Assembly: GCA_963675745.2 (NCBI GenBank)
Contig: CAXXWX010000002.1
Span: 1-64,000 of the forward strand
Origin: Phycisphaerae bacterium
Lineage (GTDB): Bacteria > Planctomycetota > Phycisphaerae > UBA1845 > Fen-1342
DNA length: 64,000 bases
Direction of reading: 5' to 3'
This document shows positions 48,208-60,300 of the stretch, piece after piece. The notes under the pieces are model-generated. The model ran no database searches, was not told the origin of the DNA, and saw only the letters and a list, made by a program, of their open reading frames with translations. The number at the start of each line of letters is the position of its first letter. Positions within the stretch are counted from its first letter, which is position 1. Position numbers and translations under genes: made by a program.

Positions 48208-49164
48208 CTACTCCATGGCGCCGAGGATGGACGCGAGCAGGCCCATGCGCATCACAACGCCGTTAAACGCCTCTTCCCAATAGCGGGCGTGGCGCGTCTG
48301 GTCGACGTCGGGCGGCAGCTCGTCCATGCGCGGCAGCGAGTGCAGGATGATGGAGTCGCTCTTGGCCTTGTCCTGGAGCAACTGGCGCGTCACGCGATAG
48401 GCCTCGGGCGTGCGGCCCTTGTCCTTGTCGGCGGCCTCGACGCGTGACTGCGTGTAGTCGGCCTGGACCACCGGCTCCATGTAGATCACGTCCGCGTCGG
48501 CGATGGCGTCCGCGGCGCTGGGGACCTCACGGTAGCGCACGTTGACGTCGCGCAGCTCCTGCTTGAACTCCTCAGAGAACGACATCTCGGGCGGGAAGAT
48601 GCAGGTCAGCTCGATATCAAACTGCGAGACGGCATACGCGATCGAGTGCATGGTGCGCATGCGCCCGTCGCCGATGCACATGAAATTCAGGCCGTCAAGC
48701 GTGCCCTTTTCCTTCCAGATCGTGTACAGGTCGGTGAGCACCTGCGTGGGGTGCTCGCCCCATCCGTCGCCGCAGTTGATGACTGGGACGGTGGACCACT
48801 TGGCGGCCTCTTGCGGGGCGCCCTGCTGGTAGTGACGCATGGCGATGACGTCGCCGTAGTACTCCAGCATGTGTACAGTGTCCTTGATCGACTCCATGTA
48901 GAAATCGCCGGCCCGCGTCATCTTCGCGTCGGAGAACCCGAGCACGTGCCCGCCCAGCCGATGCATCGCGGCTTCGGTGGAGAGCCGGGTCCGGGTGCTG
49001 GGCTGATAGAACGCCGTCAGCAGCGTTTTGTTGGCCAACAGGTCGGTGTTGCGCCGATTCCTTGCATACGGGGCCAGCTCGTCGCACACCTCGAAAAGAC
49101 GGAAATACTCCGCTCGCTCCCAGTCCTTCAGTGACAGGATATCCCGACCAGTGAAGCTCCTCAT
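48208..49164 (-). CDS. Aspartate/ornithine carbamoyltransferase family protein (ATCase-like, atypical acceptor site)
   Basis: FYQPSTRTR, MRH, NCGDG..EHPTQ and HSLPR present; the ATCase MTR.Q.ER motif is replaced by MEPVVQ. Confidence 0.88.
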   Translation of the reverse strand: MRSFTGRDILSLKDWERAEYFRLFEVCDELAPYARNRRNTDLLANKTLLTAFYQPSTRTRLSTEAAMHRLGGHVLGFSDAKMTRAGDFYMESIKDTVHMLEYYGDVIAMRHYQQGAPQEAAKWSTVPVINCGDGWGEHPTQVLTDLYTIWKEKGTLDGLNFMCIGDGRMRTMHSIAYAVSQFDIELTCIFPPEMSFSEEFKQELRDVNVRYREVPSAADAIADADVIYMEPVVQADYTQSRVEAADKDKGRTPEAYRVTRQLLQDKAKSDSIILHSLPRMDELPPDVDQTRHARYWEEAFNGVVMRMGLLASILGAME

Positions 49165-49261
49165 CGTGCTACTCCCTTTCTTCTGCTCTGTTGCCAGTAG
49201 TCAATCTTCTGTGGCAGTTTATTCCAAGCTGTTGTCGAGGCGTACGTGTCCGCTTCGCGCC

Positions 49262-50500
49262 TCAGCCGCTGCCGAACACATCCTCCAGTGCCGCGGGATC
49301 GGCCGAGATCGTACGCGGCTCGCCGGCCACCTTCAGCACCGACGCAATGTCCTTCAAACCGTTGCCCGTAACGATGAGCACGACCGTCCAGGCGGGGTCG
49401 ATCAAGCCCTGCTTGACCGCTTTCCTCAGCCCGGCATAACAGGCGACGCCGGCCGGCTCGCCGAAGATGCCGGCGCCTCGGGCCACGCGGGGGATCGCCG
49501 CCAGGATCTCCTCGTCCGTAACCGTGATGCCGAAGCCGCCGGAGGCGCGCACGGCCTGCACGGCCGCCTGACCGTCGCGCGGCACGCTGACGGAAATCGA
49601 ATCGGCGACCGTCTCGCCGGACACGGCATTGATCGTTCCATCACCTTCCAGCGCGTTGACCACGGCGGCACTGCCTTCCGCCTGCACCGCCAGCAGTCGC
49701 GGCACGCGGTCGATGAACCCGATGTGGCGGAAGTCCTCAAACCCCTTCCACACACCGCTGATGATGTTGCCGTCGCCCACCGATACGGCGACCAGATCGG
49801 GCACTTGCCAATCGAGCTGCTCGCAGATCTCGAAGGCCACTGACTTCTTACCCTCACGCGTGAACGGGTTGTAGCCGGTATTGCGGTTGTACCAGCCGAA
49901 GCGTTGCGTGGCCGCGAGGCACAGGTCAAACGCGTCGTCGTACGTTCCATCAACGGCGAGCACCTCGGCACCGAACGCCAGGAGCTGCGCGACCTTGGCG
50001 CGCGGCGCGGCGCGGGGAATGAAAATCCGCGCCCGCATGCCCATGGCGGCGGCGAGCACGGCCGTCGAGGAGCCGGCGTTGCCGGTCGAAGCCCCGGTGA
50101 CCAGGTCACACCCGACATCCCGCGCGCGAACCAGGGCGATGGCACTCGCTCGATCCTTGAACGACGCGCTCGGATTCCGCCCGTCGTCTTTGACAAACAG
50201 GCGGGGCAGCCTCAGCTCCTCGCCGAGCCTGACGGCGGGGCAGAGCGGCGTCCAACCCACCGGCGGGGACTCAATCCGCGTGGCCGTCGGATAGAGCGGT
50301 GCATACCGCCAGATCGAGCGGTCGGCGTTGTCGGCCAACTGCTGCCGGCTCCATGACTTGCGGATGGAGTCGTAATCGTACTCCACCTGGAGATTCGCCC
50401 CGCAGGCCGTGCATGTATAGACGCTGTCGCTGAGCGGACAGGTCGCACCGCATGCGATGCAGCGCAAACCCGTGACGTGTTGCAGGCGGTCTTGCGTCAC
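49262..50500 (-). CDS. Threonine synthase-like PLP-dependent enzyme
   Basis: N-terminal CxxC..CxxC, NPSASFKDR, ASTGNAG, EGKK, VGDGN, EPAG, TGNGLKD. Confidence 0.88.
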   Translation of the reverse strand: MTQDRLQHVTGLRCIACGATCPLSDSVYTCTACGANLQVEYDYDSIRKSWSRQQLADNADRSIWRYAPLYPTATRIESPPVGWTPLCPAVRLGEELRLPRLFVKDDGRNPSASFKDRASAIALVRARDVGCDLVTGASTGNAGSSTAVLAAAMGMRARIFIPRAAPRAKVAQLLAFGAEVLAVDGTYDDAFDLCLAATQRFGWYNRNTGYNPFTREGKKSVAFEICEQLDWQVPDLVAVSVGDGNIISGVWKGFEDFRHIGFIDRVPRLLAVQAEGSAAVVNALEGDGTINAVSGETVADSISVSVPRDGQAAVQAVRASGGFGITVTDEEILAAIPRVARGAGIFGEPAGVACYAGLRKAVKQGLIDPAWTVVLIVTGNGLKDIASVLKVAGEPRTISADPAALEDVFGSG

Positions 50501-51450
50501 GGAACGACCCTTGTACCGGTCTCGCCGGCCACCGCGCGCAGTAGATTCGGCGGATCAGTGATTAGCGCGGCTTTCCCACCGCCTTCGAGGAACTCCACCA
50601 CCGCCTCGATCTTCGGGAGCATGCTCCCCGGGGCGAAGTGCCCCTCCTGGATGTAGCGTTTGGCGTCGGCCACGGTCATCTCATCGATGGCGCGGGCGTC
50701 ATCCTTGCCGAAATTGAGCCACACCTTCTCAACCGCCGTCGAGATCAGCAGCAGATCGGCGTTGAGCAGGCTGGCAAGCAGGCTCGAGGCGAGATCCTTG
50801 TCAATGACCGCCTCGGCACCGACCAGCTCCCCGTCCGGCCGCTGCTGCACCGGGATGCCCCCACCACCGACGGCCACCACCACGATATCGTCGTCAATGA
50901 GCCGGCGAATCGCGTCGATCTCGATGATCGACTTCGGTTTCGGAGAGGCCACCACGCGCCGATAGCCACGGCCGGCGTCCTCGACCACGTGCCAGTGGTC
51001 CTTCGCCTGGTGCTCGGATGCGGTGGCCTCATCCATGAACGAGCCGATTGGCTTGGAGGGCTTTTCGAAGGCCGGGTCGGCCGCGTCCACCAGCACCTGT
51101 GTAACCACTGTGGCGATCCGCGGTTGACGGTCCCAGCCGCGCGTGCAATTGTGCATCGCCTGCTGGAGTTGATAGCCGATCGCACCTTGTGTATCAGCCC
51201 CGCACGAGTCGAGCGGCACCATGTGAAGTTCCTGGCTGGCCAACTCCGCCCGGCGGAGGATAAACCCCACCTGCGGCCCGTTGCCATGCGTGATCACGAC
51301 GCGGTGACCCTGCTTCAGCAAGGCCGCGATGTGTCCGCAGGTCTCTGCGCAAGCGGCATATTGGTCGGCTACCGATTGCCTGGTCTTGTCGGTGATCAAC
51401 GAGTTGCCGCCGACCGCTAAAACGATGAGTTTCCCACCAGATTCTGCCAT
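50497..51450 (-). CDS. arcC: Carbamate kinase
   Basis: AVGGNSL, THGNGPQVG, KPIG, GYRRVVASP, GGGGIPV, EAVIDKD, GSMLPK. Confidence 0.96.
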   Translation of the reverse strand: MAESGGKLIVLAVGGNSLITDKTRQSVADQYAACAETCGHIAALLKQGHRVVITHGNGPQVGFILRRAELASQELHMVPLDSCGADTQGAIGYQLQQAMHNCTRGWDRQPRIATVVTQVLVDAADPAFEKPSKPIGSFMDEATASEHQAKDHWHVVEDAGRGYRRVVASPKPKSIIEIDAIRRLIDDDIVVVAVGGGGIPVQQRPDGELVGAEAVIDKDLASSLLASLLNADLLLISTAVEKVWLNFGKDDARAIDEMTVADAKRYIQEGHFAPGSMLPKIEAVVEFLEGGGKAALITDPPNLLRAVAGETGTRVVP

Positions 51451-51766
51451 GTAACGGATACCTCCTTCTGTCGGGCACCGACATATCCTCCCCCCGGTCC
51501 ACTTTGCGCGGGGCCCACGGCCGAGACGACTCGCAATCTAAGCACGCCGCCCGGTAAGTTGGTGATCCAACTGCTCCGCATGGTCCTGAGCGAACAAGTG
51601 GAGGGCTTGAAGACCGGCAGGCGATTGCTCGGAACCAAGTATCATGACGAATATCGCACCACCCTGTCAAGGGCACGGCCACGGCGTTCATACTGTTTGG
51701 CGCGGTTAAGAGCGTACGGAGTGGTGGGTCGGGACGGCGGGCGCGGAGGCGCGCTGCCCTTGCGAC

Positions 51767-53065
51767 TCAGGGGAGCATTGCCCGGCTATCGCGCGCGATC
51801 AGCCAGTCCTGAATCGCGGGGTAGACCTGCTCGGTCGCGATCGGGGCCGCCTCGAACTCCCCATGCCCGATCTCGTCAAACACCAGCATGGTCTTGTCAG
51901 CGGAGCTCACCCGCTCGAAGAAGTCCTCGCGGATTACGCCGGCGTTGGCGATGCGATCACGGCCGCCGGCGATCACAAGCGCGGGCAGGTTGATCTGGTC
52001 GTAGTGATCCGAGTACACGTGGTCCGGCTGCCCCAAGGCACTGACGAAGGCCTGCGCGCGGACGGATTTGGCCATCTGACTCAGCACGCCGGCCTTGATG
52101 CGATCCACGACATAGCGCCGCCCGCGCAGCAGCACCTCGGCCCGCAGATTGCCTGTGCCCCAGAACGTGCCGACCGCGTTCAAGCCGAACTGCACGAGCG
52201 TGGTCTCGGCCTGACGCCAGGCGTCGGCGACCGGTTTGGGCAGTTGCTTGAGGATCTCCTCGCCGCGACCACTTGGGCGCAGGCGGTCCAGGTTGATTCC
52301 GCCGTGCGCCGCAATCAGAGTTTCGAGCCAGCCCAGACGAGCGGCGATCTCAAAGGCCGCGTTTACGCGCGTATCGGTGCGCCACCAATCGCGCAAGAGC
52401 GTGTCCCACTTGGGATAACCGTCCTCATCATAAACGGATTCGGGCCAGCGCAGCGCTGACGGGAACTCCACAAAGACACAACCGGCCAGCGCCTCGCACC
52501 GGCTGGCCGCAACCGCCGGGTCGGCGATGATGCGCAGGGCCGCCCCTTCTCCCTCCAACACGGCGCCCTGGACGTAGCCGGCCAGCACCATCGACCCCAT
52601 GCTCGAACCGATGACAAAAGGTCGGCGTCCGGTGGCGGCGCTGACATGGTCGATCACGGCCGGCAGGTCGTAGAGGACAAAGTGATCGACGGTCCAGTCG
52701 TCCTGATGTTCGGGCGGCGTGCTGCGCCGGCCCTCGGCGCCATGTCCACGGAAATTGACCAGCCAAACATCGAATCCGGCATCGTACAACTCTGATGCCA
52801 GGCTGCGGTACGTGTAGGCGTCAGTTGTGACCGTGGGGAGATCCCAGATCTCCGCATTGACCGCAAGACCGTGCAGAAACACGACCGGCGTGCAATCGAG
52901 GCGCGCACGGTGTTTCACCGTCAGCGTCGCGCCGTCGCGTGTGGACACGCTCTCGACCGTGAATTCCCCCTGGCTTTCAGGTGTTTCGTCCACCGGCAGC
53001 ACTCCACATCCAGCAACGGTGAACAAGGTCAGTATGTGAAGCGGGATGAACCGTGGCACCGGCAC
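51767..53065 (-). CDS. Alpha/beta hydrolase, probable lipoprotein
   Basis: VAGC lipobox, FLHGL, NFRGHG, YDLPA, GSSMG nucleophile elbow, GGRD, GH. Confidence 0.82.
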   Translation of the reverse strand: MPVPRFIPLHILTLFTVAGCGVLPVDETPESQGEFTVESVSTRDGATLTVKHRARLDCTPVVFLHGLAVNAEIWDLPTVTTDAYTYRSLASELYDAGFDVWLVNFRGHGAEGRRSTPPEHQDDWTVDHFVLYDLPAVIDHVSAATGRRPFVIGSSMGSMVLAGYVQGAVLEGEGAALRIIADPAVAASRCEALAGCVFVEFPSALRWPESVYDEDGYPKWDTLLRDWWRTDTRVNAAFEIAARLGWLETLIAAHGGINLDRLRPSGRGEEILKQLPKPVADAWRQAETTLVQFGLNAVGTFWGTGNLRAEVLLRGRRYVVDRIKAGVLSQMAKSVRAQAFVSALGQPDHVYSDHYDQINLPALVIAGGRDRIANAGVIREDFFERVSSADKTMLVFDEIGHGEFEAAPIATEQVYPAIQDWLIARDSRAMLP

Positions 53066-53103
53066 TGCTCCCGCGGCGGGCCTGTGCTGAGCGCCGGCTC
53101 GGC

Positions 53104-53469
53104 CTACGCGGGCTGCGCTGCAGCCGCGCGCGCCAACTCGACGAGCTTGTCAAAGCCCGCTGTGTCGGCGATGGCCACCTCGCTGAGCATCTTGCGATTG
53201 AGTGCGACGTTGGCCTTCTTCAGTCCGCCCATGAACTGGCTGTAGGAGATTCCACGCGCAGCGCAGGCGGCACTGACGCGGATGATCCACAACGCCCGAA
53301 ACTCGCGCTTTTTAGCACGGCGGTCGCGATATGCATACTGTCCCGCCTTGATGAGCGTCTGTTTCGCCGTGCGGTACAGCTTGCTGCGCGATCCCCAATA
53401 GCCTCTTGCGCTGCGCAAGACTTTCTTATGACGACGACGCGTCGCAAGACCAGATCGAACCCGCGGCAT
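53104..53469 (-). CDS. rplT: 50S ribosomal protein L20
   Basis: MPRV..., AYRDRR.KKREFR.LWI, LNRKMLSE. Confidence 0.98.
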   Translation of the reverse strand: MPRVRSGLATRRRHKKVLRSARGYWGSRSKLYRTAKQTLIKAGQYAYRDRRAKKREFRALWIIRVSAACAARGISYSQFMGGLKKANVALNRKMLSEVAIADTAGFDKLVELARAAAAQPA

Positions 53470-53523
53470 TCCAAACTCCCGTTGGCCGGTACAGTTCCGG
53501 CTTATTCACCAGATCAGCGCGTG

Positions 53524-53721
53524 CTAGTCTTCACCCAGGGCACGGCGCAGTTGTTTTTCGAACTCCGGGCGAATCATCTCCGCGCTGCGCAGGCGACGGC
53601 GCCGATTGCCGGACTTCCCGCTCATCAGGTGGCCGGCGTACGACTTGCGACGCTTGACCCTGCCTCGGGCCGTAACCTTGACCCGCTTCTTAAGCCCCTT
53701 GTGCGGCTTGAACTTATGCAT
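53524..53721 (-). CDS. rpmI: 50S ribosomal protein L35
   Basis: K.K.HKGLKKRVKVTARG, H.MSGK...RRRL; directly upstream of rplT. Confidence 0.95.
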   Translation of the reverse strand: MHKFKPHKGLKKRVKVTARGRVKRRKSYAGHLMSGKSGNRRRRLRSAEMIRPEFEKQLRRALGED

Positions 53722-54053
53722 TGCTCTTCCTTATTGCTCAAATGTCGAGCCACTTACTATACCGGCCGTACCACGTGCCGACAACCAGCCACGGCCAAAA
53801 ATCGACCCGCGACAACCATTGTGCCCCCGGGAAGGTCTGCTAGAATCCGCTCGGCTTTTTTGATGTTGTCGGGAGGTCCGCTGGGAAGGCGTTACCGCTT
53901 CTGCGCACGCGGTCGGAGCAACGATGCACCGACGCGCACGCCGGGGTTGTACGTCGCGAGCGATTGACGAGTATTACCGATGGATGGCAGGCGGTAATGC
54001 GTCCGTTGAGCCGCGCCGGGCAATCACAGTAACTAATTTAGAGAAATGAACTT

Positions 54054-55406
54054 ATGAAACAGAAACGGCTGGGGATCATCGTCGGGGGTGGCCCTGCTCC
54101 GGGAATCAACGCCGTAATCGGCGCCGCCACCATTGAGGCGATCAACCGCGGCTTCGAGGTCATCGGCATATACGAGGGCTTTCGCCGGCTGGTGACCGAG
54201 GATTTCGACAAGGACCGGCACAGCGTACGCCTGCTGATCCCCATGGTTGCCAGGATCCACTTCGAGGGCGGATCAATCCTGCGAACCGCGCGGGCAAACC
54301 TGCTCGACGAGCGGAGACTGAAGAGCGGTGAGCACGTTAGCCCTGATCCGACCAAGGTCGAGTGTGTGCTCAAGCACCTCAAACAGCTCAAGATCAACAA
54401 CCTGCTGACCATCGGCGGCGACGACACGGCATTGAGCGCGCGCTTCATCTGCGATGCGGCTGGCGGGGCAATTCGCGTCGTACATTGTCCGAAAACCATC
54501 GACAACGACCTGCCGCTACCGCACGGGGTCTCTACATTCGGCTTCGCAACGGCCCGCTTCATCGGCACGCAACTGACCAAGAATCTGATGCGTGACTCGC
54601 AGACCACCGGTCGCTGGTACTTTCTCTCCGCGATGGGACGTAGTGCCGGCTGGCTCGCGCAGTCAATCGGCATGGCCGCCGGCGCGACCGTCGTCCTGAT
54701 TCCGGAAGAATTCGAGAATGGTACGACCATCTGTCAGGTGGCTGATGTGCTGGAAGCGGCCATTCTCAAGCGGCGTCTGCTCGGCCGGCCAGACGGTGTG
54801 GCGATTTTGGCTGAGGGACTGGCGTACAAGCTCGGCGGCCTGAAGGAACTGGCCAAGGTGCTGGGACACGACGTGCCGCTCGATGCGGCCGGCCACCCGA
54901 GGCTGGCCGACATCCCGGTGCTTGAGCTGATCAAGCGGGAAGTGGAAGCGCGGTTCGAGAAACGCAAAGAGACGCTGCGGATCGTGACGCACGCATTGGG
55001 GTACGAGCTCCGATCAGCGGACCCGACGCCACATGACATGAGTTACTGCCGCAGTTTGGGCTGGGGCAGTATTCAACTGCTGCTGCACGAATCGCCGACG
55101 ACCGGCGCGGGCAAGATGGTCACGCTGATCAATGAGAGTCTGGTGGCAATGGACTTTCACGAGATGATCGATCCGCAGACCAATCGCACGCGCGTCCGCA
55201 CGGTTCACATCGACTCCGACCTGTATCGCGTCGCGCGCGCATATCAGATTCGACTCGAGCGCAGCGACCTCGACGATCCAGAGACACTCAACAAGCTGGC
55301 GGGCATGGTTAAGCTCGAACCGGAGGCGTTTCGCGCCAAATATGCGCGAGCGGCGACCAAGCTCAGCGACATGGCGCCCGGTGCATATCCAACGAACGTG
55401 CCCTGA
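54054..55406 (+). CDS. pfp: Pyrophosphate-dependent phosphofructokinase
   Basis: GGGPAPG, IGGDDT (Asp at the PPi-specific position), PKTIDND, MGR, AEG, GYELR. Confidence 0.88.
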   Translation: MKQKRLGIIVGGGPAPGINAVIGAATIEAINRGFEVIGIYEGFRRLVTEDFDKDRHSVRLLIPMVARIHFEGGSILRTARANLLDERRLKSGEHVSPDPTKVECVLKHLKQLKINNLLTIGGDDTALSARFICDAAGGAIRVVHCPKTIDNDLPLPHGVSTFGFATARFIGTQLTKNLMRDSQTTGRWYFLSAMGRSAGWLAQSIGMAAGATVVLIPEEFENGTTICQVADVLEAAILKRRLLGRPDGVAILAEGLAYKLGGLKELAKVLGHDVPLDAAGHPRLADIPVLELIKREVEARFEKRKETLRIVTHALGYELRSADPTPHDMSYCRSLGWGSIQLLLHESPTTGAGKMVTLINESLVAMDFHEMIDPQTNRTRVRTVHIDSDLYRVARAYQIRLERSDLDDPETLNKLAGMVKLEPEAFRAKYARAATKLSDMAPGAYPTNVP

Positions 55407-55613
55407 CCCACCGGTCGATTTTCCGTGTCATCGTCGTCACGACACGTTCGCGAGAAATCCGGCGCATGCTGAAACCAGCGCGCGTTCGCCCTCGGACGAC
55501 GCCGAGTGCATAATGTGCGCGTCCGCAACGCGCTGGGACGACCACGCCGCCGTCTGTTAGAATAGTGCGCTTGTTCAACCTGTTTGGGATATCAACTCGC
55601 TGGGAGACCGCAG

Positions 55614-57278
<1,665 letters not shown>

Positions 57279-57328
57279 AGGTTAGAGGTTAGAGGTCAGT
57301 AGTCTGCGGTTCGCAGGCACGTTGTGGT

Positions 57329-60300
57329 TTATGTGGTTTCGCGCTTGCCGTGGGCGCTGAATAGCATGGCGGCCAGCCACACCAGCACAAACGCCGCCCC
57401 TCCCGCCGCGGCAGCGCGACGGTCTCGATCCTGCCCCGCCACGACCTGATGATGAAACGCGGTGTCCGGGGGCGGGATGCGATCGGGGTCGGTGGCCGAA
57501 CGGCGCATCTCGGACAGTTCGGTATCGAGACGATCCAACTGCGCTTCCAGTTGAGATTGCTGCTTCTCGAGAACCGCCAGCTCCACTTCGAATTGCCGGC
57601 GTGCAAGTAGTTGCTGGTCAACAGCGCGCAACGCGTCAACGGCGTCGGCGAACTCGATCAGCCAACGCTCTCGATCATCTTCCAACGCGCGCAAGGCGTC
57701 GCGCTCCGCCGTCACGCGCAACGCGTGATCATCGGCCGCCCGGCGATCGGCGGCCACCTGCAACTGATCCATCATCGCCTGCGAACGCTGGTTCAACCGC
57801 CCGCGCAAACCGCGAATCTGGTGATTCTGGGCGTCGAGCTCGAAGTTGTCCTTGAAGCTGACGGCCTTGACGGCGTTGGCCAGCAGCGCGGCACTGTCGG
57901 CGAACTGACGCGTGTCGCTGCGCAGCACCGCCGCCACCACGATATGGCGCGTGCCGCCGTCATCCTGCGCACTCAGCGTGGTCGCGTGGGCCTCCATGCG
58001 CTCGGCGAGCCCGCGGGTCTCATCGACGACACCGCCGACCGCCTCGATCACGGCGTTGTGCAGCGTGACCAGATCGGCGGCGTCTTCCGAAACATCCAAC
58101 GCTTCGAGTTGCCGCTGCCAGACCGGCAGAGCCTGCACGAGCGTCTCCAGCTCAGTATCAACGCGTTCGGCGTCAAGCTGGGCATCTTCCAGAACCGCGC
58201 GAACCGACGGGGGCGGCTGCAAATCGCGCTGTTCGACCACGGTCGCCAGCAGCGTGCGCGAAGCGGCCCGCGCTTGCGCGGCCGGCTCCGCCAGCATCAG
58301 CAGCGCCACGCCCAGCTCACGCTGATACTGCCTGGCCGCCTCCGCAAACTCCTTCAGATCCTGTTGGTAAACGGCATCAGCCGCCAGCGCGCGCTCCAGA
58401 GCGTCGGCATCAATCTCGCCGTGCGGCAGTTCGGCCTCAACCGTCTGAACCTGCTCGCGTTGCTGGGCGATGCGCGCGCCGGTGGCCGTATAGGTTTCCC
58501 GCAGGCGCGCCACATCTGCGGTGCGCGCGTCGTGGTCATCGGCGACTGGCAGGCTCTCGAGTTGCGTGTTTACCTCCGCCATACGTTCGGTCAGCGCCAG
58601 CAGCTCCGCGGCCACGCCGACCCGGCGAACGCCCAGATCCTGGTAAGCCGGCGGCAGTTGCGGCTCGGACGGAGCGTTGTTCACGGCTGCCACGTAGCTA
58701 TCCACGAGCGTGCGAAGCAACAGCGCGTTTTCGCCGGGATTGGGCCCCGTGGCCGCAACCTCGATCGCCGTCTGCCCAGGGATCGGTTGAGCCGAGATCG
58801 CCCCACGCGCTGCGTATGACTGCCAAAGCTCGGCCGCCCCGCCGTCCAGCACAGCGGCCACACGCTCTGAATCCAGCAGAGCCACGGCATGTTGACGCGC
58901 GACCAACGACGCGTCTTCGCTCTCAGTGGCAATCTCGATTTCGAGCGAGGTGCGCGTTGAGCTTGGCTGAGTCACCCATACCGCCACACCAGCGCCGACC
59001 GCGGCGATCGCAGCGATGGCCAAACTGCGCAGCCAGAACCGCGGCGGCCGGGCGGCAGCAGCCCGCTCGCGCGCCATAATGGCCGCGGTTTCATACTCGG
59101 CGATCAACTCCTCGCGCGCACGCGTCAGCTCAGCCTCGCGCGCGCGCTGGGCCACCTGCCGACCTTCAAGCTCCTGCAAATGGAGGTCGAGCCGCAGCTC
59201 GGCCTGCCGCGCTTCGGACTCGCGCGCCTCGAACTGGGCCAGTTGTTCCTGGAACTGCTGTTCCCGATTTGCCGCCTCTTGCTCGCGCTGTTCCAATTCC
59301 CCGCGCTGCTGTTCGAGGATGCGCCGCTCAGCCGCCACCTCGTCCGACGCGCGCGTCAGCTCACCGCGGCGGGCGCGCGTTTGACGCCACTGCTCGGCCA
59401 ACTCGCGACGCTTGTCGCGCATGCCGGCGCGCTCCGATTCCAGCCGCTCTTCGTCGGCGTCCAGCCTGGCTTCCCGGTGACGCGCGGCCTCGCTCGATTC
59501 GGCTTCCTGTCGCCGCACGCGCTCCGCGAATTCGGCCTCCTGGCGTTCGACTCGCGTACGAAACTCAACCTCGCAGCGTTGGGCATCTTCGCGAATCTGG
59601 GCTTCCAGCTTGAGCGCGTCTTCGCTCAGCGACTCTTCCTGGCTGCGCGCGTCCGCTGCCAGCCGCGCCTGCGCGCGGCGCTGGGCCTCTTCGAGCTCGG
59701 TCCGACGCCGACCGCTCTCCTCGTTGAAGCGCGCTTCGGCTTCTTCCAGGCGCGCCTCGCGCGCCTTGAGCTCGCTGTGCAGCGGCTCGGTTTCGGCGGC
59801 GAGCTCATCCAGCATGCGCTGGCGGGCCTCAGCTTCCTGCTCAGCCAGCTCAAGCTCGCCGCGACGCGACTCGAATTGCTGCCGTTCCTGTTCGAGTTGG
59901 TGCTGCTGAGCGGCCAGGTCCTCGCGCTGCTGCGTGATTTCATTGCGGGCTAGCAGCAGGCGGCGTTGCAGCTCCTGCTCGAGCTCCTGATGAGTCGTGA
60001 CCTTGCGGCTCAGCTCAGCCCGGTCGCGCTCACGGGCTTCATGCAGCGCTTTCTTGCGCTCCTTAAGCCGGCGAGCGGCTTCGACCAGATTGGCTTTCTC
60101 GCGCTCCAGGCGTTCAGCTTGTGCGCGGAGCTCGACATTACGCCGTCTGATCGCGGCGCGGTGCCGGTCGATATCAACGGCCCTGGCGGCAAGCTGCTCT
60201 TCACGTTCCTGGAGCCGTGCGCGCGCCTCGGCCAGTTCGGGATGTGAGCCCTCACGCACGCTCGACACGACGCGCGCGTGCTCCTCATCCAGCTCGTGCT

